Source: Eledone cirrhosa
Taxonomy: Eukaryota
Direction: 5' to 3'
NCBI GenBank assembly: GCA_964016885.1
Contig: OZ024742.1
Location: forward strand, 195,176,001-195,240,000
Length of the DNA stretch: 64,000 nt
Shown here: in pieces, positions 26,809-45,086 of the stretch
How positions within the stretch are numbered: position 1 is the stretch's first letter
Layout: every line of letters starts with the position of its first letter
Made by a program: the position numbers and the translations under genes
The notes under the pieces: generated by a model
Database searches by the model: none
What the model saw: only the letters and a program-made list of their open reading frames with translations
What the model was told of the DNA's origin: nothing

Positions 26809-27499
26809 GGCTGCTATTAGAAGCACGAGTTAAAACTCTTACAATTATATATGTTATGAACAGTCGTTATTGCTGTTACTCTGGTTGTTTAAGCCTCGAG
26901 GCGGCAAATTTGAAGAATTGTAAGAGTGTCGACTTAAATTCCTCAGTATATTTCCGGCTCCATATGCACTGAAGTCAACTTTGACTGCCATATTTTCGGA
27001 GTCGATTCATAAAGTACTAATCGATTGACAGAATTTATAGTAAGTCGGATGTGATGCTTTATGGTATTTGTTCTGATTCTACGTCTTCAAATTTCTCTTT
27101 CTTTTGCCAGGAGTGAAACCTGTAGACAGAAAATATTGCTTATCTAGACGGGTTATCTCTTGTACAGAAAACAAAATCAGGATACTACATTCTATTCTAT
27201 GCTATTAGTCGGGAGTTTGTGTGTCAAACCCCCCGACTACATGCCTTCCTTCTCCGTTCATTCCTATCCATCGCACATTGATATATCCGATCTACGCTAA
27301 GTCAGTGAAGTGTTGTATATTTTTTACATATGCTAAGCGTAGTCTACCTCTCCGGGGTTGGTTTTGTATTGTAGTGTATAAGACATAATGGTTGGCTGTT
27401 GTTTCTTGTGGACTTTTCGACAGTGACCAAGAGTTAGCAGCTGTTTGCAAATGAACATGTCCGTAAGATTTCTTCTTTTTGCGTTTACCGGGATTTGTT

Positions 27500-28800
27500 C
27501 ATTTCTGGCGCTTTCTGTTCGTTTGACACCCAACATAGTACGATAGCAGTTAGGGGCTAATGAGTTTATGGCGATTTTTTATGGCGGAGTTGAAGGTCCA
27601 TAATTCTGCCCCATAGAGAAGTATGGAAATGATTAAGAATCAAACAGCCGTAAATTGAATTGAAGAGAAATTTTGTTAGACCACCAAACCGTTTGTAACT
27701 CCAAGAAATTGTTCCAAGTAATGGCACACCTTTGACGAATATCGTCTAGGAACGAGGCATTGCAGATTCCCAGGTATTTGAATTCTGTTACGATTTCCAT
27801 ATTTTCTAAGGCCAACATAGGAGGCTGCATCTTATGTGTTGCTGAAATAATTTACTTCAACAGCTTCTGACAAGTCAAGTAAGGCAATGTCGGCTGCTAA
27901 GTTTAAATCAAGTAGAACAACTTCATGTTTTTCTTGATGCGTTTTCAATCCATAATAGGAGTTTGTCTGTTTTAGAACATACTGAAGTACGACGATAAAA
28001 AAAATTTGTGCAAGCGTATCCCCTTGGAAGAAACCAGTGTTGATGGTGAAAGGTTGACTCATTGGAGTACATTGAAGCAATCACAACAACAATTTTGGAA
28101 TTTGGAAGGGATTCCATTGTGTTCTAGTTGTTGCCGCCTGGCATTTCTGTTGATAGAGTCGAACGCCTTATTGAATTCTACAAATGTGGTAATACGTGGT
28201 TGCTGGCATTGGTGGTAAGCCTCTGTTACCCTTCTCAAAGCGTGCATTTGCTTTAAAAACTTTCATAAGACAGTAGAATTTTATTTACTGGTTCGTAGAT
28301 GTGATTCAGGAATATTCTCTTAAATACTTTTCCAGCGATTAACATCAGTGATATTACTCGGTAATATTTCATGTTCTTTGATGGCTTCTTTGGAATATGT
28401 CTGATAAGATTTTCTTTCCATCGCTTTGCTGCTTCCTTTTTATTGAGAACAAGTTTTGCAATCTCAAGGAATGCGGAATGGAGTTTTACACCCACATATC
28501 ACAAAGTTTCTGCAGTTGCAGATTGGACAATTCCTGGAGATTTGTTGGTTTTTATAGATTTAATTGCTCTAAGCAGTTCCATAGTAGTGAACTTAGATGC
28601 GCTGGTATCTATGTCCACTGATGCTTCTGGAATATTTAATAGAGCAGCAGAGGTGCTTTCATTATTCAATAGTCCTTCGAAATATTTTCCCCCAGTCTTC
28701 TAATTGCTCAGTTTTTACTTGAAGGGGTTCTCCATTTCTGTTATTCACCACTGATGCAGTATTTGCCGATGATTTTTTCGGAAATGTTAAGTGTGATTGA
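27500..28800 (-). mobile_element. heavily decayed RTE-like LINE RT region
   Basis: Minus-strand pieces IPKK..YRVISLM, FVEFNKAFDSI, QGDTLAQIFFIVVL, LAADIAL, EFKYLG, with many stops and frameshifts. Confidence 0.85.
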
Positions 28801-28879
28801 GAAGACTTTGCTCGACTGATACTACATGTATATCCTAAATCGACTCTCGGTTTGTTGTACTGAGTATCATTAACTTAGA

Positions 28880-29075
28880 CGATCACTGTCTTACCCCAAT
28901 GCTACTATCACTAACTAGGACTATCATATTCTATCACTGTCTTACCAGTACTACTGACTATCTCTAACTTGTACTAACACATTCTATCACTGCCTTACCT
29001 ATACTACGGACTATTGCTAACCTAGACTATTCTATCAGTGTCTTACCAATACTATTATCTCTAACTTAGACCTGG
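28880..29075. repeat. imperfect ~50-bp tandem repeat (4 copies)
   Basis: ATCA(C/G)TG(T/C)CTTACC..TACTA..CTA..CTAAC recurs near 28882, 28933, 28986 and 29034. Confidence 0.75.
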
Positions 29076-29174
29076 ATGTGTGTGTGTTTGTATATTTCTA
29101 TCTATAGGTGCGTTCGAGGGATGTGTGCGAGTGCGATGCGTAATTTGTGTTATTGTGTTGGGTTGTGATTGTGT

Positions 29175-29258
<84 letters not shown>

Positions 29259-29637
29259 GTGTTAGTTCTGTTGTGTTGCGTGATAACTGTGTTGTGTGTG
29301 AGTCTGCAGCGTGGGACGTATTTGCTTCAGTATGAACAAAGCAAAATAGCGCCATATTGAATGCCTAGCGGCTTATAGTTACATCCCTTGGCGTTCCATG
29401 ATAATACGATATGTACTCTATCTCCCCCCCCCCCATGCTTCAGAAACAATATATAATAAAGAGCCAATAGTTACAGTGTTTTTTAAAATAGGTTGTAGCT
29501 AAAGGGCCTCTATTTTACATCTGTAAACAACTATTTTCCAGTATAGCAAACAACTATTTCTAATGTGCCTAAGGCATGTGAAATAGGAATATTCGGATAA
29601 TGAATATATGTCGTTAATATTAATATCATCTGTATTT

Positions 29638-29777
29638 CCATCATCATCATCACTACCATCACCAACACCACCGCCACCACCAACAGCATCATTGCTTTCA
29701 TCATCATCATCATCATCGCCATCATCACTACCATCACCATCACCGCCACCATCACCACCACCAACAGCATCATTGCT

Positions 29778-29823
<46 letters not shown>

Positions 29824-30113
29824 CTACCATCATCATCACCACCACCAACAGCATCATTGCTTTCATCATCATCATCATCATCATCGCCATCATCACTACC
29901 ATCACCATCACCGCCACCATCACCACCACCAACAGCATCATTGCTTTCATCATCATCATCATCATCATCACCATCATCACTACCATCATCATCACCAACA
30001 CCACCGCCACCACCAACAGCATCATTGCTTTCATCATCATCATCATCATCATCACCATCATCACTACCATCACCATCACCGCCACCATCACCACCACCAA
30101 CAGCATCATTGCT

Positions 30114-30159
<46 letters not shown>

Positions 30160-30449
30160 CCGCCACCATCACCACCACCAACAGCATCATTGCTTTCATC
30201 ATCATCATCATCATCATCACCATCATCACTACCATCACCATCACCGCCACCATCACCACCACCAACAGCATCATTGCTTTCATCATCATCATCATCATCA
30301 TCATCACCATCATCACTACCATCACCAACACCGCCACCATCACCACCACCAACAGCATCATTGCTTTCATCATCATCATCATCATCATCACCATCATCAC
30401 TACCATCACCAACACCGCCACCATCACCACCACCAACAGCATCATTGCT

Positions 30450-30480
<31 letters not shown>

Positions 30481-30611
30481 CTACCATCACCAACACCGCC
30501 ACCATCACCACCACCAACAGCATCATTGCTTTCATCATCATCATCATCATCACCATCATCACTACCATCACCAACACCGCCACCATCACCACCACCAACA
30601 GCATCATTGCT

Positions 30612-30645
<34 letters not shown>

Positions 30646-30772
30646 CTACCATCACCATCACCGCCACCATCACCACCACCAACAGCATCATTGCTTTCAT
30701 CATCATCATCATCATCATCATCACCATCATCACTAACATCAACAACAACGTCATATCCAACAGCATCATTGC

Positions 30773-30804
<32 letters not shown>

Positions 30805-30856
30805 CCACTAACATCACCATCACCGCCACCATCACCACCACCAACAGCATCATTGC

Positions 30857-30912
<56 letters not shown>

Positions 30913-30913
30913 C
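29638..30913. repeat. (ATC)n-based minisatellite, 55-80-bp units anchored by CCAACAGCATCATTGCTTTC
   Basis: Direct inspection, about 19 units. Confidence 0.95.
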
Positions 30914-30914
30914 T

Positions 30915-31128
30915 GAGGTGGATTGGCAGTATCGGTAGAGGGTCGGACGCCATGCTTTGCAGCATAGAGTTACGTCCCTTTATGATCTGAGTTCAAATCC
31001 TGCCAAGGTTAACTTTGCCTTTCATCCTTACGGGGTGGATAAAATAAAGTACCAGTCACGCACTGGGGTCGATTTAATCGACATTCCCCCTCCCCCCAAA
31101 TTCCTGGCCTTGTGCCTATATAAGAAAC
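30915..31128 (+). mobile_element. near full-length tRNA-derived SINE (Meta-domain-like)
   Basis: A box TGGCAGTATCGG, B box GAGTTCAAATCC, body AACTTTGCCTTTCATCCTTACGGGGTGGATAAAATAAAGTACCAG, tail GGCCTTGTGCC. Confidence 0.88.
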
Positions 31129-31339
31129 CATTCTCCACCTCATCATCATCATCGTTTGAGTCACTACCAAGTGTATTACCACCATTGCCGGTATCGTTAT
31201 CAAGAGCACTACCATCATCATCATCATCACATCCCTATCATTATAGCCATGATCGTTGTCGCCGTCACCGTCATCATCGTTAGCGTCAACATCATCGCCA
31301 TAATCGGCATCATAACCATTGTCATCATCATCCTCATCG

Positions 31340-34090
31340 TCAACCACCACCGCCACACCCACCACTACACTCACGACCACCTCCACCACCACAACCACCA
31401 CCTCCTCCACAACCACCACCTCCACCACAACTACCACTTCCACCACAACCACCACCACCACAACCACCACCACAAGCACCACCACCACAACCCTTACCTC
31501 CACAACCACCACCTCCACCACAACTACCTCCACCACAACCACCAAAACCACCACAACCACAACCCTTACCTCCACAACCACCACCACCACCATCACCTCC
31601 ACCACAACTACCACCACCACAACCACCACAACAACCCTTACCTCCACAACCACCACCACCACACCCACCACTACACCCACGACCACCACAACCACCACCT
31701 CCACCACAACCACCACCTCCACCACAACTACCACCACCACAACCATCACAAGCACCACCACAACCACCACAACAATCCTTACCTCCACAACCACTACCAC
31801 CACCATCACCTCCACACCAACCACCTCCACCACACCCATCACCTCCACCAACACCACCACAACTACCACCACCGCAACCACCAAAACCACCACAACCACA
31901 ACCACAACCACCACGACCACAACCAACATCACCACAATCAACACCACCACCGTGCCCCCCCCCCCCCCCCGACCACTACCACCACCACCTTCACAACCTC
32001 CACCTCCTCCATACCCACCACCCTCCACACTCACCCACACTCACATACCCACCACACTCTACAACCCCCACCCCCACAACCACCACCCTCACAACCACAA
32101 CCACGACAACCACAACCATCACAACCCCCCCACCCCCTAGCAACCACACGCACCATGACCCCTCCCCCACAACCACCACCTCCACACCAACAACCACCAC
32201 ATCCACAATCACCACAACCGCCACCACCATAACCACCACCACAACCGCCACCTCAACCACCACCACAACTACCACAACCGCCACCACCATAACCACCACC
32301 ACGACTGCCACCTCATCCACCACCACAACTACCACAACCGCCACCAACATAACCAGCACCACAACCACCACCACAACCACAACCATAACCACCACCACAG
32401 CCACCACCACAACTACCACAACCGCCACCACCACAACCACCACCACAACCACAACCATAATCACCACCACAACCACCACCACAACTGCCACCACCATAAC
32501 CACCGCCACAACCGCCACCACCATAACCACCACCACAACCACCACCACAACCGCCACCACCACAACCGCCACCACCATAACCACCACCACAACCACCACC
32601 ATATCCACCACCACAACCACCACCACAACTACCACCACAACCACCACCACAACCACCCCCACCACCACCTCAACCCCCACCCACAACAACCAGCACAACC
32701 ACCACCATCTCCACAACCACCCCCACCACCACAACCACAACCACCACAACCACAACCACCACAACCACCAACTCCACAACCACCCCCACCGCCACCAACC
32801 CCACCACCACCACAACCACCACAACCACCACCTCCACAACTACCACAACCACCACCACCACAACCACAACCACCACTTTCACAACCACCAACTCTACAAC
32901 CACCACTGCCACCAGAACCACCACAACCACCACTGCCACCAGAACCACCACAACCACCACCTCTACAAACACCAACTCTACAACCACCACCGCCACCAAC
33001 CCCACCACCACCACAACCACCAACTCTACAACCACCACCGCCACCAACCGCACCACCACCACAACCACCACAACCACCACCTCCACAAGCACCAACTCTA
33101 CAACCACCACCGCCACCACAACCACCACAACCTCCACAACCACCAACTCTACAACCACCACCAACCCCACCACCACCACAACCACCACAACCACCACCAC
33201 CACCACCTCCATAACTACCAACTCTACAACCACCACTGCCACCACCACCACCACCACAACCACAACCACCACAACCACCACTTTCACAACCACCAACTCT
33301 ATAACCACCACCGCCACCACAACCACCACCAACCCCACCACCACCACAACCGCCCCAACCACCACCAACTCTACAACCACCACCACCACCACCACAACCA
33401 CCACAACCACCACCACCACCACCTCCACAACCACCAACTCTATAACCACCACCGCCACCACAACCACCACCATCCCACCACCACCACAACCACCCCAACC
33501 ACCACCAACTCTACAACCACCACCACCACCACAACCACCACAACCACCACCACCACCACCTCCACAACCACCAACTCTACAACCACCACCGCCACCACCA
33601 CCACCACAACCACCACCACCACCACCACCACCACCTCCACAACCACCAACTCTACAACCACCACCACCACCACAACCACCACAACCACCACCACCACCAC
33701 CACCTCCACAATCACCAACTCTACAACCACCACCACCACCACCACCACCACCACCACCACCACAACCACCACCACCACTACCACCACCACCTCCACAACC
33801 ACCAACTCTACAACGACCACCGCCACCACCACCGCCACCACCACCACCACAACCACCAACTCTACCACCACCACCTCCACAACCACCAACTCTACAACGA
33901 CCACCGCCACCACCACCGCCACCACCACCACCACCAAAACCACCACCACCACAACCACCACCTCCACAACCACCAACTCTACAACCACCACCGCCAACCC
34001 CACCACCACCACAACCACCACCTCCACAACCACCAACTCTACAACGACCACCGCCACCACCACCACCACAACCACCACCACCACCACCAT
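31340..34090. repeat. (ACC)n/(ACA)n compound trinucleotide repeat field
   Basis: Direct inspection. Confidence 0.95.
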
Positions 34091-34496
34091 TATCATTATA
34101 TTATTATCCCTTTTGCTCGATATAAATCACACACTCTATATTTTTTCTGATTTCGATTTTGTGCTGGCCCCAGTGTCTTGGTTCTTTGTGGCCAAAACAT
34201 GGAATCATCGTCATTATATCATTATCATTATTAACATTATTATTATCATTATTATTAGTATTATTTTTATCATTATAGTTGTTGTTGTTGTTGTTGTTAT
34301 TATTATTACTATTATTATTGACTAACATTGTACAATCACAAGAGAGATTCGATGGCGTTTAGGGGAAAACATTTTCTAAGAGTTATTAGAGGTATTATGG
34401 AAACATAATACTTTTATTTTGTGTGTATGTATGTGTGTATGTGTGTGTATTTCTGTACGCGTGAGTACGTGTGAGTACGTGTGTGTGGTACGTCTA

Positions 34497-34534
<38 letters not shown>

Positions 34535-35149
34535 AACGCGTATGCGCATGTGCATGTGTTTAACTCAGTAAAAAAAAAAGGAAACGCGGTGTAGTGCATA
34601 CGTTGGGACGAAGAAAGGATATTGATGGAAAAAGGTAGAAAAGTAGAAGATGAGTTGGTAGGCTAGGTAAACTTATAGTGGTGAGCACGGCCTGCCTATA
34701 CATTTGTCAATATGTATGCGCTGTGAGAGTTGTGTAATTATGTTAGGTGGTGGTGGCTGCTTATGTAGTGTGTGTAAATATGCTGTATCAGTTGTGTAAT
34801 TATGTAGTATGGTGTTTATGTAGTATAATGTGTGATGTGTGAGTTTTGTTATTTCGTTGTTCATGGTTCTATATATATGTGTCTATGTGCCTGAGATTCA
34901 ATCTCAGCGTACACGTAATGATTAGATTGCCAAAAAAAAAAAAAAAAAAAACGAGAGTGGCTAAACGAAAGGTGTTATGGAAACGTGAGGGAGACGTTAA
35001 GGAGACATCAGGGAGGGTTGGGACAGGGGATTGAGACGGTCGAGAGAGGGTGCAGAATAGAAGAATGACAGAATCCATGGAACATATTTTCATCATTCCA
35101 ACGCTATTATCCAACGCATATGTTTGTGTTTAGGTTTATGTATATGTAC

Positions 35150-39830
<4,681 letters not shown>

Positions 39831-40440
39831 GTGTGTGTCTATGCATTTGTGTATGTCTTGAAATGATGGGTTTTTTTATGTTTGTTAAAGTCCTTCCGAT
39901 GTATCTGACATGGTTTGTTTAGGAGAAGGAAAGCTCTGTTACTTTTTTTTTCCAGCTTAGAAAATTCTGTTTATTTCACATGTAACGTCTTCCATCGGTT
40001 TCTACGCCGAGTGTTCCAGTTGTTTGACTATCTGAACAGCCTGCTTATGAAATTAAGGTCCATGTGGTTGAGTAGAAAAGTAATTGAAAACTTTTCAATG
40101 TAATAGTAGTAGCAGTAATACTGGTCTTAACGGTGTATAGAAATAATGTTGAAGGCGTTTGTGGTTGAGTAAGAGAAAAATAACGAAAGAAAGAAGACCT
40201 GGAGCTTGACAAAAGATATGTCTTATCAAGTGAGCGTATGCATTGGTGTTCTTTATCTTTCACTCACTGCCTCTGTCTGAGTTCTTGAGGTAATTCACCG
40301 TGGCAGTAGGTGACACAAGGTTGGTCCTTTGAATTAAAGGCTGTAGAAGTGCAACGTAAAATAATGTTTTTTTTCTCAAGGAAGCAACACGACATCTGGA
40401 ATCGAACTTGCAATTATGAGCCAAATATACTTATATGCGA

Positions 40441-40666
40441 CCCCTGTGTGACTTTTGGGGTGGCCCAAAAGTCACAGAGGGGTCGCATGGCCGCCATTTG
40501 AAAGATGTAATTTTTCAGAAGTAATGTAGAGGTTGTGACAAGGATTGACGAGTGCAAAATAATTTCCATTATGTCCTTTAAGTTGTATCAAAATTTCATA
40601 CATTAATCTGTACAATTCAGGAAGTTAATAAAAACTAAAACCTGTGTGACTTTTGGGTTATCCTGC
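40441..40666. mobile_element. Tc1/mariner-like terminal remnant
   Basis: CCTGTGTGACTTTTGGG at 40443 and 40641, with its reverse complement CCCAAAAGTCACAGAGG at 40464. Confidence 0.5.
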
Positions 40667-41589
40667 GTTAACAACTAAGTCAAGCTCTTTCACGTTCCAC
40701 ATTTAGAAAATTTGCCATATTTTAGCTAACATAATTCCAGACCGAGCAGCGTACTGTGTCCTTGAGTAAAACATTCCATTTCATATTGTTCCAGTCCGTT
40801 TACCTGCAACATATAAGTAGTACCCGGAGCATCAGTGGGAGTTTAATACTAGGGTGGACTGTTGTCTCATACAGGAAGAGGAGTGACTCATACTCTCAAT
40901 GATTTAATGTAAATATAACCGGAATTTTTTCCAGTCTGATAGGCCTATAGACTTTCGAGAGGAAAACTCCTATATTAAATTTACCGGTGTAATTTCGTAG
41001 ATTCAGCCCACCAACCAGTGTGGTTGGGGTTTAAGGCTCACGATCACAATGGCATGGGTTCGATCCCGGGACTGAAAGGTACGTTGTGATCTTGAGAAGA
41101 AGACTTTAAATTGCTCCGGTCTACTCATCGAAAACATGTACCATCAGAACCTGGGTGTTAATCTGCCATAGACTGGTGTCCCGTTCAAAAAGAGAGGGGT
41201 CTTGTACACACAATCACTGAATGCCAATTGACCACGGTGGTGGGAAAGGGAAACTTCCGTATTTCTTATCCCAAGATATTCTTGGTATACTTAATCCATC
41301 ACTCGGCTTAAAATCGCTACCTGTTCATTTAGCATCTTTATCTGAGGTGACTATGTTTCAAACCTTCTGGCAAGGTCTCCAGACTCTGAATAATTTTCTA
41401 GCGTCCACGCCCTATATCGAAGAGGCAATCACAAATGTCATAGGCTCTGCCATTCATCACCTGCATATATATATATATATATATATATATGGGGGGGGGG
41501 GTATAAAAGAAAAACAGAAATAACAACACAATCGGTACAGTATATGGAAGGAATATATTAGGTTAACGCTTGAAATAGCAGGAAGAAGG

Positions 41590-41625
41590 TCTTAACGTTT
41601 CGAACTCTAGTCCTTCATCAGAAGA
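41590..41625 (-). ncRNA. minimal type I hammerhead ribozyme
   Basis: Minus strand: TCTT-CTGATGA-A-GGAC(TAGA)GTTC-GAAAC-GTT-AAGA. The AACGTT palindrome in place of stem III suggests a dimer-type ribozyme. Confidence 0.7.
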
Positions 41626-42155
41626 AAGAATGAGAAATTAGAAAGATTGAAGGGACAGGCGGAATCGGGAAAAATGTTTGTAGAGAAAAATAACAGGTCC
41701 ATTCATGTTGCCATCTCTTGGAAAACTGTTGATGCTGGCGTTTTGTGTATGATATATTTTTTTTGAAAAGTGGATGATGGAGAGCGTCTATCTGAAATGG
41801 AAAAAAAACTGTTTCGTATATAGAGCTATACGGGTGCGCGTGTGTATGTGTGTGTGTTATTATACGTCCGTACGAAGCTAAGAGGATATGTGTATGTATA
41901 TGTAAGTAAAAGATTGTGTGTGCGCTTGTAAGTACGAAGCCTTGAGCAAAAGTATGTTGATATAAGGGTGTGTGTGTGTGTGTGTGTATACAGAGCTGGG
42001 AAGGGAAAAGTAGGGGTGTGTGTGCGTATTTTGTTGGTCTCTGTATCAGCTGTAAGAGTGTATGTTTCCGACCATAAGAGAGCCATAAGAATCTAGGGGT
42101 GAATGTACAAGCGCATGTGTGATAAAGACGGGGTAAACGTGACGGGGAAAATATA

Positions 42156-43013
42156 TCTATATATATAAAACTGAGTATGTCTGTCTGTGTGTGAGTTTGA
42201 ATCACTAAAACTCGAGAAGCACCCAACCGACTGTTTTCAAACTTTACACATGTAATACTTATGTTTCAGGGAGTGTTCTGAGCAAGGAAAAATTTAAATT
42301 TTCAATGCCCTAGGGACCGCATTAGGCGATTTAGCGATCTCTCTCTCTATAATTCTTAGTCTTTCTCTTTTTAGATAGATACATATAACGTCCCGCCCTT
42401 ATAATATCTGTCTGTATGTCTAGCTGTCTGCATTACGTCACTTCCCACAATTCCCTCTGCGTCCAGAACGCGCCCTTATAATATCTGTCTGTATGTCTGG
42501 CTGTCTGTATTACGTCACTTCCCTGAGGATGTCTGTCTGTGTGTGTGCGTGAGTTTGAATCCATAAAACTTGAGAAGTACCCAACCAACTTTTTTCAAAC
42601 TTTACATGTGTATTACTTATGTTTCAGGGAGTGTTATGCACATAAAATTCAACTTTTTGATCCCCTAGGATTCCGCATTAGGTGAAAAACTGCGTTTTTT
42701 CACGTTTTTAGGGGTTTTTAAGGCGTTACGTCAGACCGATTTCCTTGAAATTGTAACTAAGTATTAGTCAGTCTCTTCTTCATACCGTGAGCAAAGAAAA
42801 TCCAACTTTTTTATGGCCTAGGGCCCGCATTAGGTGAAAATCTGCATTTTTCCTCCTTCATCGAGGAAGATCTTAAAGATTATCCAACCATCAGAGTATT
42901 CGGTTTATTTTATTTACATATTGTCCAGGCATGCAGTTTTTCCACGATTAGGTATGTTGGCGGCCCGCGTTCCAAAATACCTTATCCCGTGCAACGCTAG
43001 GTACCACTGCTAG
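42156..43013 (+). mobile_element. non-autonomous Helitron
   Basis: 5' TCTATATATATAAAACTG, 3' CCCGTGCAACGCTAGG (decayed hairpin) then CTAG; inserted between A and T with no TSD. Internal duplications at 42178/42529 and 42393/42470. Confidence 0.85.
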
Positions 43014-43097
43014 TAATTAATAAATAAAACAAACCAAAACAAACACAGGAATACAAAAATACACACACATATATGATATATACATACATATGTATAT

Positions 43098-43131
<34 letters not shown>

Positions 43132-43172
43132 TCTCACACATACATATTTTCCATATATATATATATATACAC

Positions 43173-43694
43173 ACAGATTGGGTGGAGAGAAACTCCCTAT
43201 TGAAAATGAATTATAACTTTTGGCCAACAATGACCACATCCATGACCTCATATTCATGCAAGATGGTATGTGGGCCCCTCCTCATGTAGCACGAACTTTC
43301 TGTGAACGGGTTGATGTCAAATTTCCAGGACGTTGGCTGTGTCGTCGAGGTCCACATGGAGAGCACGCAAGAAGCCCTAAATTAACGCCATGCAATTTTT
43401 TTCTGTGGAGGTGGGCGAAGGAAAAGATTTATAGCTCAAATCCAAAAACTCTGACTTGGTTAGAGGAAGGCATTCATGTAATGACAAACATAGCACCTGG
43501 CTTCCTAATGCATTTAGTCGATTACAAACACTGATAGACAATGCAAGTGCATATGTAGAATTTTAAGTCTATATTGTACTTCAACCATTATACTGTTCAA
43601 ATTTGTTTTCAATTTTGTTTTATGAAAATCGAATAAGTAATAAAAGTATTGACAATTTTATATAGAAAATTTCTTTCCGCCCATCCACCCAGTA
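43173..43694 (+). mobile_element. internally deleted Tc1-like transposon
   Basis: ORF 43220-43534 has FMQDG..APPH, FPGRW, RSPKLTPCNFFLW (WPxRSPDLTPxDFFLWG family). Partial terminal inverted similarity (GGGTGGAGAGAAA / TTTCTTTCCGCCC). Confidence 0.8.
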
Positions 43695-43698
43695 TATT

Positions 43699-43825
<127 letters not shown>

Positions 43826-44028
43826 GTGTGTGCGTGTGCGTGTGTGTATGAAGGTGTGTGTGTGTGCGTGCGTTTATGTGTGTAGGTGTGTGTGTGCGTG
43901 CGTTTGTGTGTGTAGATGTGTGTGCCTGTGTGTGGCTGTTTCTCTCTGTCTATATATGGCACACGAATTACTGTTATATTTGGGGAGGGTCATATTGTTT
44001 TGTAGATATAAATATATGTATATAGTTG

Positions 44029-44400
44029 TATCTGAGCGAGTTTCTTTGATGGGTGCTACACGAGAATGCTGAGGATGGCTCTGAACATTAATCAGTATAC
44101 ACTGAGGATGAAAAACTCAGAGCTGTATGGGAGCCTCCCAAAAGTCAGCTCAAAAGTGACACAGAGGGGACTGAGGTTAGCAGGACATGCTCAGCGACAT
44201 CCAGAGTTGACATTGCACTCAGTGCTCCTGTGGGAGCCCCTGCATGGATACACTGGAAGAGGAAGACCAAGGTTAAAGTATGCTGATGCCCTAACAGACA
44301 CTGGTCTGTTGGAGACTCAGGACATGGCAGGGATAATGAGGGCCAGAGACCGCTGGAGAGAACTCGTCCATGGATCTCGGGAATTTTAGCCGCCCTAGAA
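44029..44400 (+). mobile_element. short 3' copy of the RTE-like family at 450-2668, with 5' inversion and 10-bp TSD
   Basis: 44048-44398 aligns to 2317-2668. 44029-44046 is the reverse complement of 2296-2313. ATAGTTGTAT at 44022-44031 and 44401-44410. Confidence 0.92.
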
Positions 44401-44685
44401 ATAGTTGTATACAATGGGTGGGTCATATTGTAAAATATAGATATAAATATATGTATATAGTTGTATACAACGGGAGGGAATATAATAATACCACTGATGA
44501 TGTCACAAGTGTGTGATTAAAGACCTTTGATAGACTATATATATATATATATTTATATCGGTATTTTTAATCATTGGTCAATCAATGATAAACATTGATT
44601 GCTAGCTAAATTAACTATACGGATATAAAATATACGAAGGGAAAACCAACTCAAACTAAACATTGAGTGTGTTTTATTATTATTT

Positions 44686-44878
44686 CCGGTGGATTGGCAG
44701 TATCGGTAGAGGGTCGGACGCCATTCTTTGACGCATAGAGTTACGGTCCTTGCCATTCTGAGTTCAAATCCCGCCGAGGTTAACTTTCCATTTCATCCTT
44801 ACGGGGTCGATAAAATAAAGTACCAGTAATACACTGGATAATTGCTGGCCTTGTGCCAAAAATAGAAACAATTATTAT
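44686..44878 (+). mobile_element. tRNA-derived SINE (Meta-domain-like)
   Basis: Same A/B boxes and body as 30915-31128. Confidence 0.88.
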
Positions 44879-45086
44879 TTCTGACAATATTTGGCCCTCC
44901 AAAAATATAACAATATTTGTTTCCACACAGAATTTCATATCAAAACCCTTGCAAAGCAATTATATATATATATATATATATATCTATCACAGAAAAAAAG
45001 ATAATCAGTGTTGCGACGAATGGAATTTATTGGACATATTACAATCGTTTCTCTGGCGCCCAGCTCGCGGCACAATCGATGTGATG

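Noticed and set aside
29499-34096. Asp/Gly-, Ser/Pro-, His-, Thr- and Gly/Cys-rich ORFs resembling biomineral or mucin proteins
   Set aside because: Several frames on both strands are open because of trinucleotide repeats; ORF ends run into a SINE; no signal peptide or splice support.
41221-41523. 100-aa ORF
   Set aside because: Starts in SINE-like sequence, ends in a microsatellite, no homology recognised.
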